DNA from: an uncultured bacterium | Lineage (GTDB): Bacteria > Zixibacteria > MSB-5A5 > CAIYYT01 | Reading direction: 5' to 3' | Assembly (NCBI GenBank): GCA_963726455.1 | Contig: CAVSCK010000004.1 | Coordinates: 800,001 to 864,000 of the forward strand | Length of the DNA stretch: 64,000 nt | In this document: positions 48,305 to 57,895 of the stretch, one piece after another | Layout: each line of letters opens with the position of its first letter | How positions within the stretch are numbered: the first letter of the stretch is position 1 | Program-made: the position numbers and the translations under genes | The notes under the pieces: generated by a model | Databases searched by the model: none | Told to the model about the DNA's origin: nothing | What the model saw: the letters and a program-made list of their open reading frames with translations, nothing else

Positions 48305-48995
48305 TTATGGTAGCACTGGAAGTGATGACTTCTTTTTCGACTTGCCCATCGCGGATATGGATCACCCGGTTGGCGTGAAGCGCAATATCCGGCTCGTGCG
48401 TAACCACGATTATGGTATTCCCGTTGAGATGCAGACGCGCAAACAGCCCCATGATCTCGTCGCCAGTCTTAGTGTCGAGGTTGCCCGTCGGTTCGTCGGC
48501 CAGAATGATCGAGGGGTTGTTCACCAGCGCCCTAGCCACGGCGACTCGTTGTCTTTGACCGCCGGAAAGCTCATTCGGCTTGTGCATCATGCGATCGGCA
48601 AGGTCTACCTGCTCCAGAGCGTACTTGGCTTTTTCGATCCGGGTTTTGGAATCGGTGCCGTTATAGATCAACGGCAACTCGACATTGTGCAACGCCGTCG
48701 CTCTCGCCAGGAGATTGAACGTCTGGAACACGAAACCGATTTCACGATTGCGGATACGCGCCAGCTCGTCATCGTTCATGCTGGAAACCAGCTTGCCGTT
48801 GAGCACATAGCTACCCTGCGAGGGAGTATCGAGGCAACCGATCAAATTCATCAACGTGGATTTGCCTGAGCCGGAAGGTCCCATAATAGCGAGATATTCA
48901 CCCTTTGCGACGCTCAGATTAACCCCCCGAAGAGCGTGCAACTCCTCCACCCCCATCTTATAGGTCTTCCAGAGATTCTGTGTCTCGATCAGCAT
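48294..48995 (-). CDS. ABC transporter ATP-binding protein (MacB/YknY type)
   Basis: 'GPSGSGKS', 'LSGGQRQR', 'ADEPTGNLD'. Confidence 0.95.
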   Translation of the reverse strand: MLIETQNLWKTYKMGVEELHALRGVNLSVAKGEYLAIMGPSGSGKSTLMNLIGCLDTPSQGSYVLNGKLVSSMNDDELARIRNREIGFVFQTFNLLARATALHNVELPLIYNGTDSKTRIEKAKYALEQVDLADRMMHKPNELSGGQRQRVAVARALVNNPSIILADEPTGNLDTKTGDEIMGLFARLHLNGNTIIVVTHEPDIALHANRVIHIRDGQVEKEVITSSATINDF

Positions 48996-50287
48996 TAGTC
49001 GGTCTTCTCTTCTTTGACAATCTCCTTGGTAACCTTCACCTTGGCACCGTCTTCGATAGTGCGTAAAGTCTTGTAGCTTCCGGTGACGATCTCGTCATTC
49101 TCGGCAAGACCTTCAGTGATTTCGATATTCTGTTGGTCGGCAATACCGGTTTTGATGGGCACGAACTTGACAACGTTCCCTGCTAATTTGAATATGCCCT
49201 CCAGCTCCTTCGGCTTTTTGTCATCCTTCTTTGAAGACTTCGTAGTATCGACCGTCGCCGCGACCGCGCCACCGGATGAACCGCTGTTACCGGCCGCTTT
49301 TTTGAGCGAGTCCGACTTGTCCGGACGCATTACCACTGCCTGAATCGGCACATAAAGCACGTCCTTGCGTTTATCAGTTGTGATATCAACCGTCGAAGTC
49401 ATTCCCGGCTTAATCCGCTCGACCTTGTCGAGCAGCAGAATCTTGACAGTGAAGTTGGTGACGCCGCTGGTGCCGGCGTTCTGCGCCGCATTACCCACTT
49501 CCGTAACAACACCTTTGAACGAAGTGTCTGGTAAAGCATCTAATTCAATCTTGGCGTCCTGACCGACCCGCACGCGGGCAATATCGGTCTCGTCAACATT
49601 CACTTCCACTTCGATCGTTGAAAGGTCCGCCACCGTCATGATGACGGTGCCAGCATTGTTCATCGTTCCCACCATAACGATTTCTCCAACCTCGGCATTG
49701 AGCGAGGTGATAGTTCCGTCGATGGGCGAAGTGATAATAGTTTTGCTGAAGCTATCGCGGATTTCATCCAGCGAGGCCTTTTGTTGCTTGGTGAAGAATT
49801 GGGCCGACTCGAGGTTCGCCTTGGCGACTTCCAGTTGTGTCTGCAACTGAGTGTAGTTCTCGTCGGAAATCAATTTGCCCGCATACAGCTTGTTGCCGCG
49901 CTCGTGCAATTGCTTTGCCTCAAGCAGGGAGGCCTCGGCGCGTTTCTCGGCCGATTTGGCGGCAGCCAGGGATGCCTCCGCCTGGCTTACGGCGGCCTGA
50001 TAACGTGTCTGATCCAGTTCGACCAGCACGTCGCCTTTCTTGACAAGGTCACCCTCCTTAACCGGAAGTGCGATAATCTTGGCCGCTACGTCGGCGGAGA
50101 TTTTGACGGTAGTTCGCGCCTGGACGGAGCCGGTCGCTGTCACCAGCGACACGATTTCACCCTTTCCCACCTTGCCGGATTGAACGGAATAGACCAAGCC
50201 GCTATCCCTGGTGGCGGCCAACACGATAATCGCGATGACAACTACTGCGCCCGCGACTATCAACCATAGCTTCTTCTTCTTACTCAT
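48995..50287 (-). CDS. Periplasmic adaptor / membrane fusion protein (MacA/YknX-like)
   Basis: N-terminal TM, '[10 protein letters not shown]', coiled-coil hairpin, 'SPIDG', 'VDETDI', 'KPGMT'. Confidence 0.93.
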   Translation of the reverse strand: MSKKKKLWLIVAGAVVVIAIIVLAATRDSGLVYSVQSGKVGKGEIVSLVTATGSVQARTTVKISADVAAKIIALPVKEGDLVKKGDVLVELDQTRYQAAVSQAEASLAAAKSAEKRAEASLLEAKQLHERGNKLYAGKLISDENYTQLQTQLEVAKANLESAQFFTKQQKASLDEIRDSFSKTIITSPIDGTITSLNAEVGEIVMVGTMNNAGTVIMTVADLSTIEVEVNVDETDIARVRVGQDAKIELDALPDTSFKGVVTEVGNAAQNAGTSGVTNFTVKILLLDKVERIKPGMTSTVDITTDKRKDVLYVPIQAVVMRPDKSDSLKKAAGNSGSSGGAVAATVDTTKSSKKDDKKPKELEGIFKLAGNVVKFVPIKTGIADQQNIEITEGLAENDEIVTGSYKTLRTIEDGAKVKVTKEIVKEEKTD

Positions 50288-50346
50288 TGTCGTTTTTGTT
50301 ATCTGAACCTCATGTTAGTGTTCTATTCCGTGGAGACGCGTTATCG

Positions 50347-51672
50347 CTACATTCTTCCCAGCGCCATTGTCATCGAGGCGACCGATACATTGAGTTGGTA
50401 AAGCGCCTGTACTTTCTGTGATTGGGCTTGGGTGAGAGATACTTGGGCATTCAACAGATCCAAAATCGAGGCCGCGCCAAGCCGGTACCTTTCCGACTGC
50501 AACTTCATGTCTTCCTCGGCGGATTGCTCGCCAAGAACAGCTGTCTGGTATTGAAGTTTGGCGGTCACAATATTCAAGTACGATTGACGCACCTGGAATA
50601 TCAAATTGTTGCGTTCGGCGCCATAGTTTTCGCGCTGCGTCTTCTCACTAAGTCTCGCGCGTGAATAGTCGGTTTTCTTGTGTAAGCCGTCGAACAGATC
50701 GTAGGTGATGTTGATGCCGAACGAGTAGGAAGCATTCTGCTTCTGGTAGGAAAACCATTCGGAACCGGTACGTGTCGACCAGCCCCAGCCAGCGCTGGCG
50801 CCGACTCTCGGAACCCAAGCCGATCTAGCTAACCACACTCCCGTCCGAGAAGCGTCATAATCATTCTGGCTCTTCTTGAGAGTCGGGTTATCGGAAACCG
50901 CAGTTTGGAGGCATTGATCCAAATCCATGGTGAAGTCGATTTCCGCCATCGAGTCGGCAGGGTCAATCGAAGTATTGACATCACGATTAAGCAGCAGGTT
51001 TAGACTGAACTCCGCGTTTCTGATGTCGTTCTGGCGCTGCAGTAACGTGACTGAATCCTGAGCCACAAGAACTTGGGCTTTCAGCTTGTCGGACAAAGAT
51101 GCTGAGCCAAGTTCGTACTTACTGGTGGTTACCTCGAGCTGCTTCTTGGAGCGTGCCAGCGCATCTTCCTGTACTTTGAGGAGCATCATGATCTGCAACA
51201 AGTTGTAGTAGGCCTGCTTAGCATTGAAAGCCGTGTTCTGAATGGTCGCTCTCATGCCGTTTTCAGACGATGATGACTGCAGCGAACTTTGCCGGATATT
51301 GAACCAGGTAGCGCCGCCATCGAAGAGAGTCATACCGAATGACAGCCCGGTTGAATAGTTGCGCGTGCCGGGGTTTACGATAGGCAGATTCGTGATCGGG
51401 TCCACGTTCTGTCCGTAGGATTTGCGAAATGAGTAGTTCGCACTGGTGGATGCCGTCGGCAAGGCGTTCATCCAGGAATCGAGCAGATTGTACTGAGATT
51501 GCCTGTAACCGTTTTGCGCCGAAATCACGCCGACATTCTGTACAATCGCTATGTCAACGCACTCCTTCAGGGATAGTTTCCCGTCTGCCGCAACTGCCGG
51601 ATTGTCCTGCAAAAGCAAGACAGCGAGCCCCGCGAAAAGTAGCATGCTTCCTATCTGTCCGATTCTTCCCAT
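50347..51672 (-). CDS. TolC-family outer-membrane channel
   Basis: Signal peptide, 'LSLKECVDIA', duplicated 'YELGSASLSD' and 'YRLGAASILDL'. Confidence 0.92.
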   Translation of the reverse strand: MGRIGQIGSMLLFAGLAVLLLQDNPAVAADGKLSLKECVDIAIVQNVGVISAQNGYRQSQYNLLDSWMNALPTASTSANYSFRKSYGQNVDPITNLPIVNPGTRNYSTGLSFGMTLFDGGATWFNIRQSSLQSSSSENGMRATIQNTAFNAKQAYYNLLQIMMLLKVQEDALARSKKQLEVTTSKYELGSASLSDKLKAQVLVAQDSVTLLQRQNDIRNAEFSLNLLLNRDVNTSIDPADSMAEIDFTMDLDQCLQTAVSDNPTLKKSQNDYDASRTGVWLARSAWVPRVGASAGWGWSTRTGSEWFSYQKQNASYSFGINITYDLFDGLHKKTDYSRARLSEKTQRENYGAERNNLIFQVRQSYLNIVTAKLQYQTAVLGEQSAEEDMKLQSERYRLGAASILDLLNAQVSLTQAQSQKVQALYQLNVSVASMTMALGRM

Positions 51673-51711
51673 TGATTACTCCTCAATAGCCAAAACGATG
51701 ATTCTGCAAAT

Positions 51712-52437
51712 CTAGAATACTGTCTTAACGACACTGATAATGGCAAACACCACTCCTACCGGAATCAACACAGCCGCAGCTGCTTTGCCCTTGGCGAAAT
51801 TGTAAAGCACGGCGACTCCGAAAATCAGCAACACTATCTGCCAAATGAAAAAGATGTCCGTGAGAGAATTCAGTATGATGTAAGCAAGGGACTTCATATC
51901 GCTCCCCGGCAGCAAGACCGCCAGCGAGGTGCGAACATCCATAGTCCCTTTCGATACGATCAGGGGTATCTTGACTATTTGCCCCACGACATCGACCATG
52001 TGCGTAAAGCTGACCAGTGCCACCAGCTTCATGAAGTCGACCGAACCTCCAAACACGACGGTCCCCATGATCAGGATTATAGCCGCTGACAAAAATACGA
52101 TAACCGCGGCTCCGAAGATTCCGCCGACCACGCCAATGGCGCTTGCGAGGCCCTTGAACGTCTCCATTTGCTGAACTGTTTGCTCGCGCTGCTCCTGAGA
52201 CATGTTCTCGTTTGACATTGTTTCTTGCTTCTGCTGCTCCAGAGCCAGAGGCGTCACCACATAGGCGGTGGCAGAAGAAATCAGCATGAAGATTATGAAG
52301 GGCAGTATCCACGTCGGCTTCGCCTTGATCCGTTGAAACACTCGTACCGGGCTAACAAATATGTTCCACATCATAGACCCGGCGGACTCGAGTTCTGTTT
52401 CATTAGACACAGTAATTTCGGGATTAACTTCGGTCAT
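51712..52437 (-). CDS. Yip1-family membrane protein (YknW-like)
   Basis: 'IFVSPVRVFQRIKAKPTWILP', 5 TM segments; SD GAGGAG; first gene of the exporter operon. Confidence 0.85.
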   Translation of the reverse strand: MTEVNPEITVSNETELESAGSMMWNIFVSPVRVFQRIKAKPTWILPFIIFMLISSATAYVVTPLALEQQKQETMSNENMSQEQREQTVQQMETFKGLASAIGVVGGIFGAAVIVFLSAAIILIMGTVVFGGSVDFMKLVALVSFTHMVDVVGQIVKIPLIVSKGTMDVRTSLAVLLPGSDMKSLAYIILNSLTDIFFIWQIVLLIFGVAVLYNFAKGKAAAAVLIPVGVVFAIISVVKTVF

Positions 52438-52566
52438 AATAGCTCCTCACCTATATGGTTCACTGAACGGAAGTTAGCGCCTAAGGTTTCAAAAATCAAC
52501 TCAACTCTCGCGGGTGCGCCTTTCGGCATGGCGGGGATGGTTTGGCGGCATTATCGAGCGTTGAAG

Positions 52567-52597
52567 AAAAGGCCGGCCCTGACGTCAGGGCCGGCTT
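52567..52597 (-). terminator. Rho-independent terminator after the 52630 lipoprotein gene
   Basis: GCCGGCCCTG...CAGGGCCGGC hairpin with TTTT on the minus strand. Confidence 0.8.
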
Positions 52598-52629
52598 GAA
52601 TTTCCACAAAATTTGAATACCGAATCAGA

Positions 52630-53649
52630 CTATTTGGCACGAAGGAAGCTTGCGTTGATCTTCGGGAATGAGTACGCCGTCACAAATCCCATCTCGTACG
52701 CTCCATTACGAACCTTATCCTCTGTGACCGGCAGGTTGCCCTTCAGAATGACAAAAGGCGAAGGCCGGAAGAGGTCGTTGTCCGGATTGGGCTCAAGCGT
52801 TACGAGCACCGTTCCCCCGCTCAGAATGTCGATTGGCCAGCGAGAGTCAGGAACGTTTGCCGGCTTATTATTTATGAAATCCTCGCCGGGAAAATTCGGC
52901 ACCGCTCCGGCAGCACAGTGGCTGTTGTCGTAGTCGATGTAAGCCGGCGAGAAGAACTTGCCGGTCGACACTGTATCGCCATTGTTCAAGGCCACCCAGC
53001 CTTCGTATAGATACCCGGTATCCGGAAGCGTCGGAAGCGTTATTCCCGGCGCAAAGGCCTCAGTAACAACACCGCCTGTTATAGACACAATCAGATTTGT
53101 GAACCAGAGCCCATGGCGCTCGTTTTCCTTTGTCTGTCCCATGGCGGAATACCTGCCATCAGAGAATGTCCCAACGCTGAACCAGCCCTGCCCGGAGCCG
53201 AAAGCACGCGGAAATCTCAGGACTGTGGCTCTGTCAGGGACAATTGAACTGAGAGCGATTACCGTTGGCGACGGTTTCGGATCTGGATCGGTGGGGTATG
53301 GCTCCAATGTAATGGCGATCATACCGTAGTCAAATACGCTTCCCTGCGAAATCGTGAAGGTATTGCCGATGTCCTTAGTCGTGTCGGCCGGATCGAGGAA
53401 CCGGAAATCGCGCTCATCCCAGAAGAACTTGCCGAAACCCTGATAGCTGACCCAGTTGGAGTCCTGATCAACGTTGACCAGCCATCCCTCGTAAACCAAA
53501 CCTGACTTCAGTGTTGGAAATTGCACCGGGTCGAGCTGAATACGATTAAATGCATCCGTGTTTCCACCGGTCGAGTTGTCTCCACATCCACCCAGTCCCA
53601 GCAACAGCAGCAGCATCACCAGTCCACCAGCGACTATAGCTCTGAGCAT
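52630..53649 (-). CDS. Lipoprotein with tandem duplicated 'YEGW...TLEP' domains (RskA-C-like)
   Basis: Lipobox 'LGGC'; 'PTLKSGLVYEGW...ITLEPYP..PSP' and 'PTLPDTGYLYEGW...VTLEPNP..PSP'. Confidence 0.75.
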   Translation of the reverse strand: MLRAIVAGGLVMLLLLLGLGGCGDNSTGGNTDAFNRIQLDPVQFPTLKSGLVYEGWLVNVDQDSNWVSYQGFGKFFWDERDFRFLDPADTTKDIGNTFTISQGSVFDYGMIAITLEPYPTDPDPKPSPTVIALSSIVPDRATVLRFPRAFGSGQGWFSVGTFSDGRYSAMGQTKENERHGLWFTNLIVSITGGVVTEAFAPGITLPTLPDTGYLYEGWVALNNGDTVSTGKFFSPAYIDYDNSHCAAGAVPNFPGEDFINNKPANVPDSRWPIDILSGGTVLVTLEPNPDNDLFRPSPFVILKGNLPVTEDKVRNGAYEMGFVTAYSFPKINASFLRAK

Positions 53650-53709
53650 GTCTACTAATCCTCCAAAACTGTATCAAAAGCAATAACTTCCGTGACCATC
53701 AGAACCAAA

Positions 53710-53738
53710 AGAATACCTAGTGCCACCATCACTGTCAA
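53710..53738 (-). promoter_or_regulatory. Sigma70-type promoter of the lipoprotein gene
   Basis: Minus strand TTGACA-17-TATTCT. Confidence 0.65.
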
Positions 53739-53848
53739 GTAATTTTTGGCTCCCTAAAAGAGACGTGGACGACAACGAAATGATTAAAACCGACTGCTAT
53801 CCTTGACGATAACACTAGAGGTTCGAATTTATTAACAGCGGGGAGAAT

Positions 53849-55975
53849 ATGATCGAGTGCGGAAAATGCGGTACAGAAAACCATTTTGACGGCGCCAAAT
53901 TCTGCAAGCATTGCGGCGCCGAGCTTTTGGCCTCGGTGGCCGTGGCAGTGGCAGAAGAGCAAGCCACCAAGGCACAGTCCTCTCAAACACCTGTAACACA
54001 ACAAGATATGAATACGGAGCAACGTGACTCTGATTTTGAGGTTACGGACTTGCCGACGGACGAGACGGACGCCAAGGCAAGAATCGGCGTGGACCCATCG
54101 GGCGCCGGCTTTGATCAACTGCTGAAAAGGTACGAAACAACACCTTCTCCGCAGGAAATAGCTGATTCAGCGCCAGAAGTCTCGCAGCCGATTTCATCGG
54201 ATTTGGGCATCGAATCTCCTTCCGACTACCTGATGAGCCAGGTTGAAAAGCCCGCACCGGAACAGGTCGCTCAAGTAGTCGTACCGATAAAGGTGCCCCT
54301 GGCAACGCCCTTACAAAGTGAAATAACGCAGGTGCCATCGGACTCACTCAAGCCAGCACCGAAGCAATCGATATCGGCGGATGATCGTGACCGGCTTATC
54401 ACCAGTTTACGGAAGTCGTTAAACGACGAGGAAGTCGCGCCGAAGCGGGAGGCCACCAGCCAATTCAAGGAGCCGGTGCAGCAGGCAAGCAGCTTTTCGC
54501 CTCCCCCCGTTCTTCCCAAAATCGAACCCGAGACTTCGGAACCCCAGACAGGTGCCCGGCACGCAACGGCTCCAATTCCGCTGACGGTTTTCGTACGGGG
54601 CCACAACCTTACCTTCCCTGAAAGAGTGCGATTGGTTTCGGGCGAGAGCGTTGTCTACGGAAATCAGCACTACATGATTAAGAAAGGCGCTCTCGATCGT
54701 AAGATTCTCATCGCGGGAGGCGCAATCGGGCTCATTATGCTAACGATGCTGCTGATTATTCTTTTCGGCGGTTCCAGCGCGCCCAAGCCAATGTTGTTTG
54801 GCGTTGTTACCGATGCTCAGACCAAACAAGTATTGGCGGGCATCAGCGTCAGTATTCCGCAGACCGGCGCGTCCACGATCACGGATGAAGACGGGACCTT
54901 CAAATTTGCGAACCTGGCCAACGGGCGTTATGACATCAAGATGGAGGGAATACAATACGAGCCGTTTATGATTCCGACCTCAATCAGCAATGATGAGAGC
55001 AAAGTGATGGCGGCGAGTTTGATCCCGATAGTGTCGCAGCGAGGCACATTCTCGGAAACAATTCCTCAACCAACTGATGCCAATGTCGCGAATCTCGGCC
55101 CGATCTATTCCGGGCTCAAGATCAAATGTAGTGTGACTGATGCCATGGTTATCGTGGACGGCAAGACACTCGGCTCTGTGGGCCAAACGTTCAGAAAAGT
55201 CTTGCCGGGAACGCACACGGTTGAGGTCAGACGTGATGGTTACGAGATATGGTCGCAAGAAGTGAAGCTGGACGAAGATCAGACAACAACACTCACGGTG
55301 ATTTTATCAGAAGCCAAACCAGAGAAACCAACCGAGTACTCAGCTAACGAATTCTTCCAGCAGGCGGAAGCATTGCTTGGTGAAGACAAGTACACTGAAG
55401 CCATCGGGTACTACACCCTGGCGCTGGCCAAGGACAACACGATGGTGCAGGCGTATCTGCGTCGTGCGGAAGCAAATCTGGCATCAGGCAAGTCACTCAA
55501 TGCCCGCGCCGACTACCGCTCGGCAGCCGATGTCTATTTGCACATGAATCAGTTTGCCAGTGCCGTGAGTTGTTATGATAAGATAATCGAAATGTCACCC
55601 AACGCTGCCGACGCTTATCAGCTTCGCGGCTGGGCTCAGATTTCCGCCGGTAACTACGATGCCGGACTCAAGGATTTGTCGAAGGCGCTTTCATTCAACA
55701 AGGACGACACTCAGTCACTATTTGAATACGGTAAGGCGCTGTACATAACGGGCAACTATAAAGATGCCGAAAAGACGCTCAAAAAGATTCGCAAATTCGG
55801 CGACGATAGTCCGGAGATTTACGGTTATCTCGCGCTGGCGTATCTGTCGCAAGGTAATGATTCGGACGCCCGCAAGAATTACGAGGCGTTCTCCAAACGA
55901 GCCAGTTCAGCCCAAACGGCGCGCATGACGACTGAATCGGGCTGGCAACGTCTAACGGCGATGGCAGGAAAGTAA
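53849..55975 (+). CDS. Bitopic membrane protein: zinc ribbon, low-complexity linker, TM, CarboxypepD_reg-like, PEGA and TPR domains
   Basis: 'CGKCG...FCKHCG'; TM 'ILIAGGAIGLIMLTMLLIILF'; 'TITDEDGTFKF'; 'PGTHTVEVRRDGY'; TPR helices at the C-terminus. Confidence 0.85.
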   Translation: MIECGKCGTENHFDGAKFCKHCGAELLASVAVAVAEEQATKAQSSQTPVTQQDMNTEQRDSDFEVTDLPTDETDAKARIGVDPSGAGFDQLLKRYETTPSPQEIADSAPEVSQPISSDLGIESPSDYLMSQVEKPAPEQVAQVVVPIKVPLATPLQSEITQVPSDSLKPAPKQSISADDRDRLITSLRKSLNDEEVAPKREATSQFKEPVQQASSFSPPPVLPKIEPETSEPQTGARHATAPIPLTVFVRGHNLTFPERVRLVSGESVVYGNQHYMIKKGALDRKILIAGGAIGLIMLTMLLIILFGGSSAPKPMLFGVVTDAQTKQVLAGISVSIPQTGASTITDEDGTFKFANLANGRYDIKMEGIQYEPFMIPTSISNDESKVMAASLIPIVSQRGTFSETIPQPTDANVANLGPIYSGLKIKCSVTDAMVIVDGKTLGSVGQTFRKVLPGTHTVEVRRDGYEIWSQEVKLDEDQTTTLTVILSEAKPEKPTEYSANEFFQQAEALLGEDKYTEAIGYYTLALAKDNTMVQAYLRRAEANLASGKSLNARADYRSAADVYLHMNQFASAVSCYDKIIEMSPNAADAYQLRGWAQISAGNYDAGLKDLSKALSFNKDDTQSLFEYGKALYITGNYKDAEKTLKKIRKFGDDSPEIYGYLALAYLSQGNDSDARKNYEAFSKRASSAQTARMTTESGWQRLTAMAGK

Positions 55976-56018
55976 ACAGAGTACAGCATCTAAACCGGCA
56001 ATACACGTACAGGGGTAA

Positions 56019-56052
56019 ACGGGACAGGCAGCAATGCCTGTCCCGTCTTTTT
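56019..56052 (+). terminator. Rho-independent terminator
   Basis: ACGGGACAGGCA-gcaa-TGCCTGTCCCGT then CTTTTT. Confidence 0.9.
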
Positions 56053-56115
56053 GTGCTTGTAGTTGATGTCAACACAGGGAAATGCGTAGTCGTGTTTGCG
56101 ACCGGCAGCGTGAGA

Positions 56116-56583
56116 CTACTTGTGATATTTACTACCTGCAGATATAGATAGCGCGCGATACAATTGCTCCAGCAGAACGATCGGAACGAGTTCGTGAGGC
56201 AAAGTCATTTTTGACAGCGAAAGCAACAGGTCTCCCTTCTTACGGACCTGCGGATCGAGTCCGAAAGCGCCTCCGATGACAAACTGCAGACGCGAGTGAT
56301 CTTTCTTCAACCGATCGAGCAACTTTGCAAGCTGCTCGGACGAAAGAGAGTCCCCTGTTGCGTCCAACACGATCGAATAGGAGGTGTCGTCTATCTGGCT
56401 TAGCAGGCGTTCCGCTTCAGTACGCATAACTTGCGGCCCAGGCAAATGGGCGCTGTCGCCCTCCTTGACATGTTTAAGCTCGACCTGCGCGTACTTACCC
56501 AGCAGCTTGGTGTAATGTTCCTGCCCCGCTTTCGCCCAACTTGATTTGACCTTTCCGACGGTTATGATTTCGATCCTGAGCAT
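56116..56583 (-). CDS. rlmH: 23S rRNA pseudouridine1915-N3 methyltransferase
   Basis: 'VGK', 'FVIGGAFG', 'LSLSKMTLPH', 'EQLYRA...YHK'. Confidence 0.95.
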   Translation of the reverse strand: MLRIEIITVGKVKSSWAKAGQEHYTKLLGKYAQVELKHVKEGDSAHLPGPQVMRTEAERLLSQIDDTSYSIVLDATGDSLSSEQLAKLLDRLKKDHSRLQFVIGGAFGLDPQVRKKGDLLLSLSKMTLPHELVPIVLLEQLYRALSISAGSKYHK

Positions 56584-56981
56584 CAGCCGGCAATTACCTT
56601 AACAAAATATCGCCGCGAGCGTGGACCGTCAAACTCACAGAAGTAGACCCCTTGCCAGGTGCCCAACAACGGCGCTCTGTTTTCAATCAACAGGGTCTGT
56701 GAACAACCGATAACCGACGACTTAAGGTGCGCGTCAGAATTGCCCTCGCTGTGTTCATAACGATCTCTTTGCGGGAAGATATCGGCCAGTTTGCGAAGTA
56801 TGTCCGACTTGACTGATGGATCAGCGTTCTCATTGATCGTGATGGCCGCCGTGGTGTGCGGAGTGTAGACGAAGCAGATACCGGCTTTAGTCCCCGTGCG
56901 CAGTACGAATGACGATACGGATTCGGTGATGTCGAGTAGCTGATTGCGACTGGAAGTTGAAATACTGAATTGCTCGATCAT
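56583..56981 (-). CDS. yjbQ: YjbQ/UPF0047 family protein
   Basis: 'HTTAAITINENADP', 'EGNSDAHLK', 'LGTWQG...EFDGPR'. Confidence 0.93.
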   Translation of the reverse strand: MIEQFSISTSSRNQLLDITESVSSFVLRTGTKAGICFVYTPHTTAAITINENADPSVKSDILRKLADIFPQRDRYEHSEGNSDAHLKSSVIGCSQTLLIENRAPLLGTWQGVYFCEFDGPRSRRYFVKVIAG

Positions 56982-57895
56982 GAAAACAATGCTTCGACAA
57001 AATCACTCGGCTTGAATTCATCGAGATCGTCCATCTGCTCGCCGATTCCAATCAACACAATCGGCAGTTTGTAGCGATCGACAATCGAGAACACGGCGCC
57101 GCCCTTGGCAGTGCCGTCAAGTTTGGTAACGATGATGCCGTCGATGTCGAGCATTTTCTTGAAGATTTCCACCTGTTGTAGTGCATTCTGACCCGTGGTA
57201 CCATCAAGGACGAGCAACGTGCGGTGCGGCGCATCCGGCATTGCCTTCTTCAGTACACGCTTCACTTTGCTCAGTTCTTCCATCAGGTTGAGCTTCGTGT
57301 GGAGCCGACCGGCAGTGTCGATGACAACGACATCATCCCCGCGCGCCGTCGCGGAAGATACAGAATCGTAAGCGACCGCTGCGGAATCGCCCCCCTCTTG
57401 TCCCTTGACCAGATGACAGCCGACACGGTCCGCCCAGATGGCGAGTTGATCGATGGCGGCCGCGCGGAAAGTGTCCGCCGCCGCAATGGTGACTTTCTTT
57501 CCGTCCGACACAAAACGGCGGGCAATCTTGGCAATGGAAGTTGTTTTGCCGGTGCCGTTGACACCAACAATCAGGATCACCTGCGGTTTGTGGGTAACTT
57601 CAAAGAACGGCATCTGCGGCATGCTGTTGAATATGTCTTTGAGGCATTCGCGCAGCAGTTGGAACACCTCATCGGAATTGTCGATTCCGCGTTCCGCTAC
57701 TTTCTTCTTGAGATCTTCTATGACGGTTGCCGCAGTGTCGACGCCGAGGTCGGCAGAAATCAGGATTTCCTCGATTTCGTCCAGCAGCGCATCATCGATC
57801 TTTTTGTGGAGACCGACGGCGGCCTTGATCTTGGTGACGAGATTTTCTTTGGTTTTGAGCAGCCCCGCGGCCAGTTTCTTGAACGAAAACCCCAT
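56978..57895 (-). CDS. ftsY: Signal recognition particle receptor
   Basis: 'GVNGTGKTT', 'DTFRAAA', 'DTAGRL', 'TKLDGTAKGG'. Confidence 0.96.
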   Translation of the reverse strand: MGFSFKKLAAGLLKTKENLVTKIKAAVGLHKKIDDALLDEIEEILISADLGVDTAATVIEDLKKKVAERGIDNSDEVFQLLRECLKDIFNSMPQMPFFEVTHKPQVILIVGVNGTGKTTSIAKIARRFVSDGKKVTIAAADTFRAAAIDQLAIWADRVGCHLVKGQEGGDSAAVAYDSVSSATARGDDVVVIDTAGRLHTKLNLMEELSKVKRVLKKAMPDAPHRTLLVLDGTTGQNALQQVEIFKKMLDIDGIIVTKLDGTAKGGAVFSIVDRYKLPIVLIGIGEQMDDLDEFKPSDFVEALFS

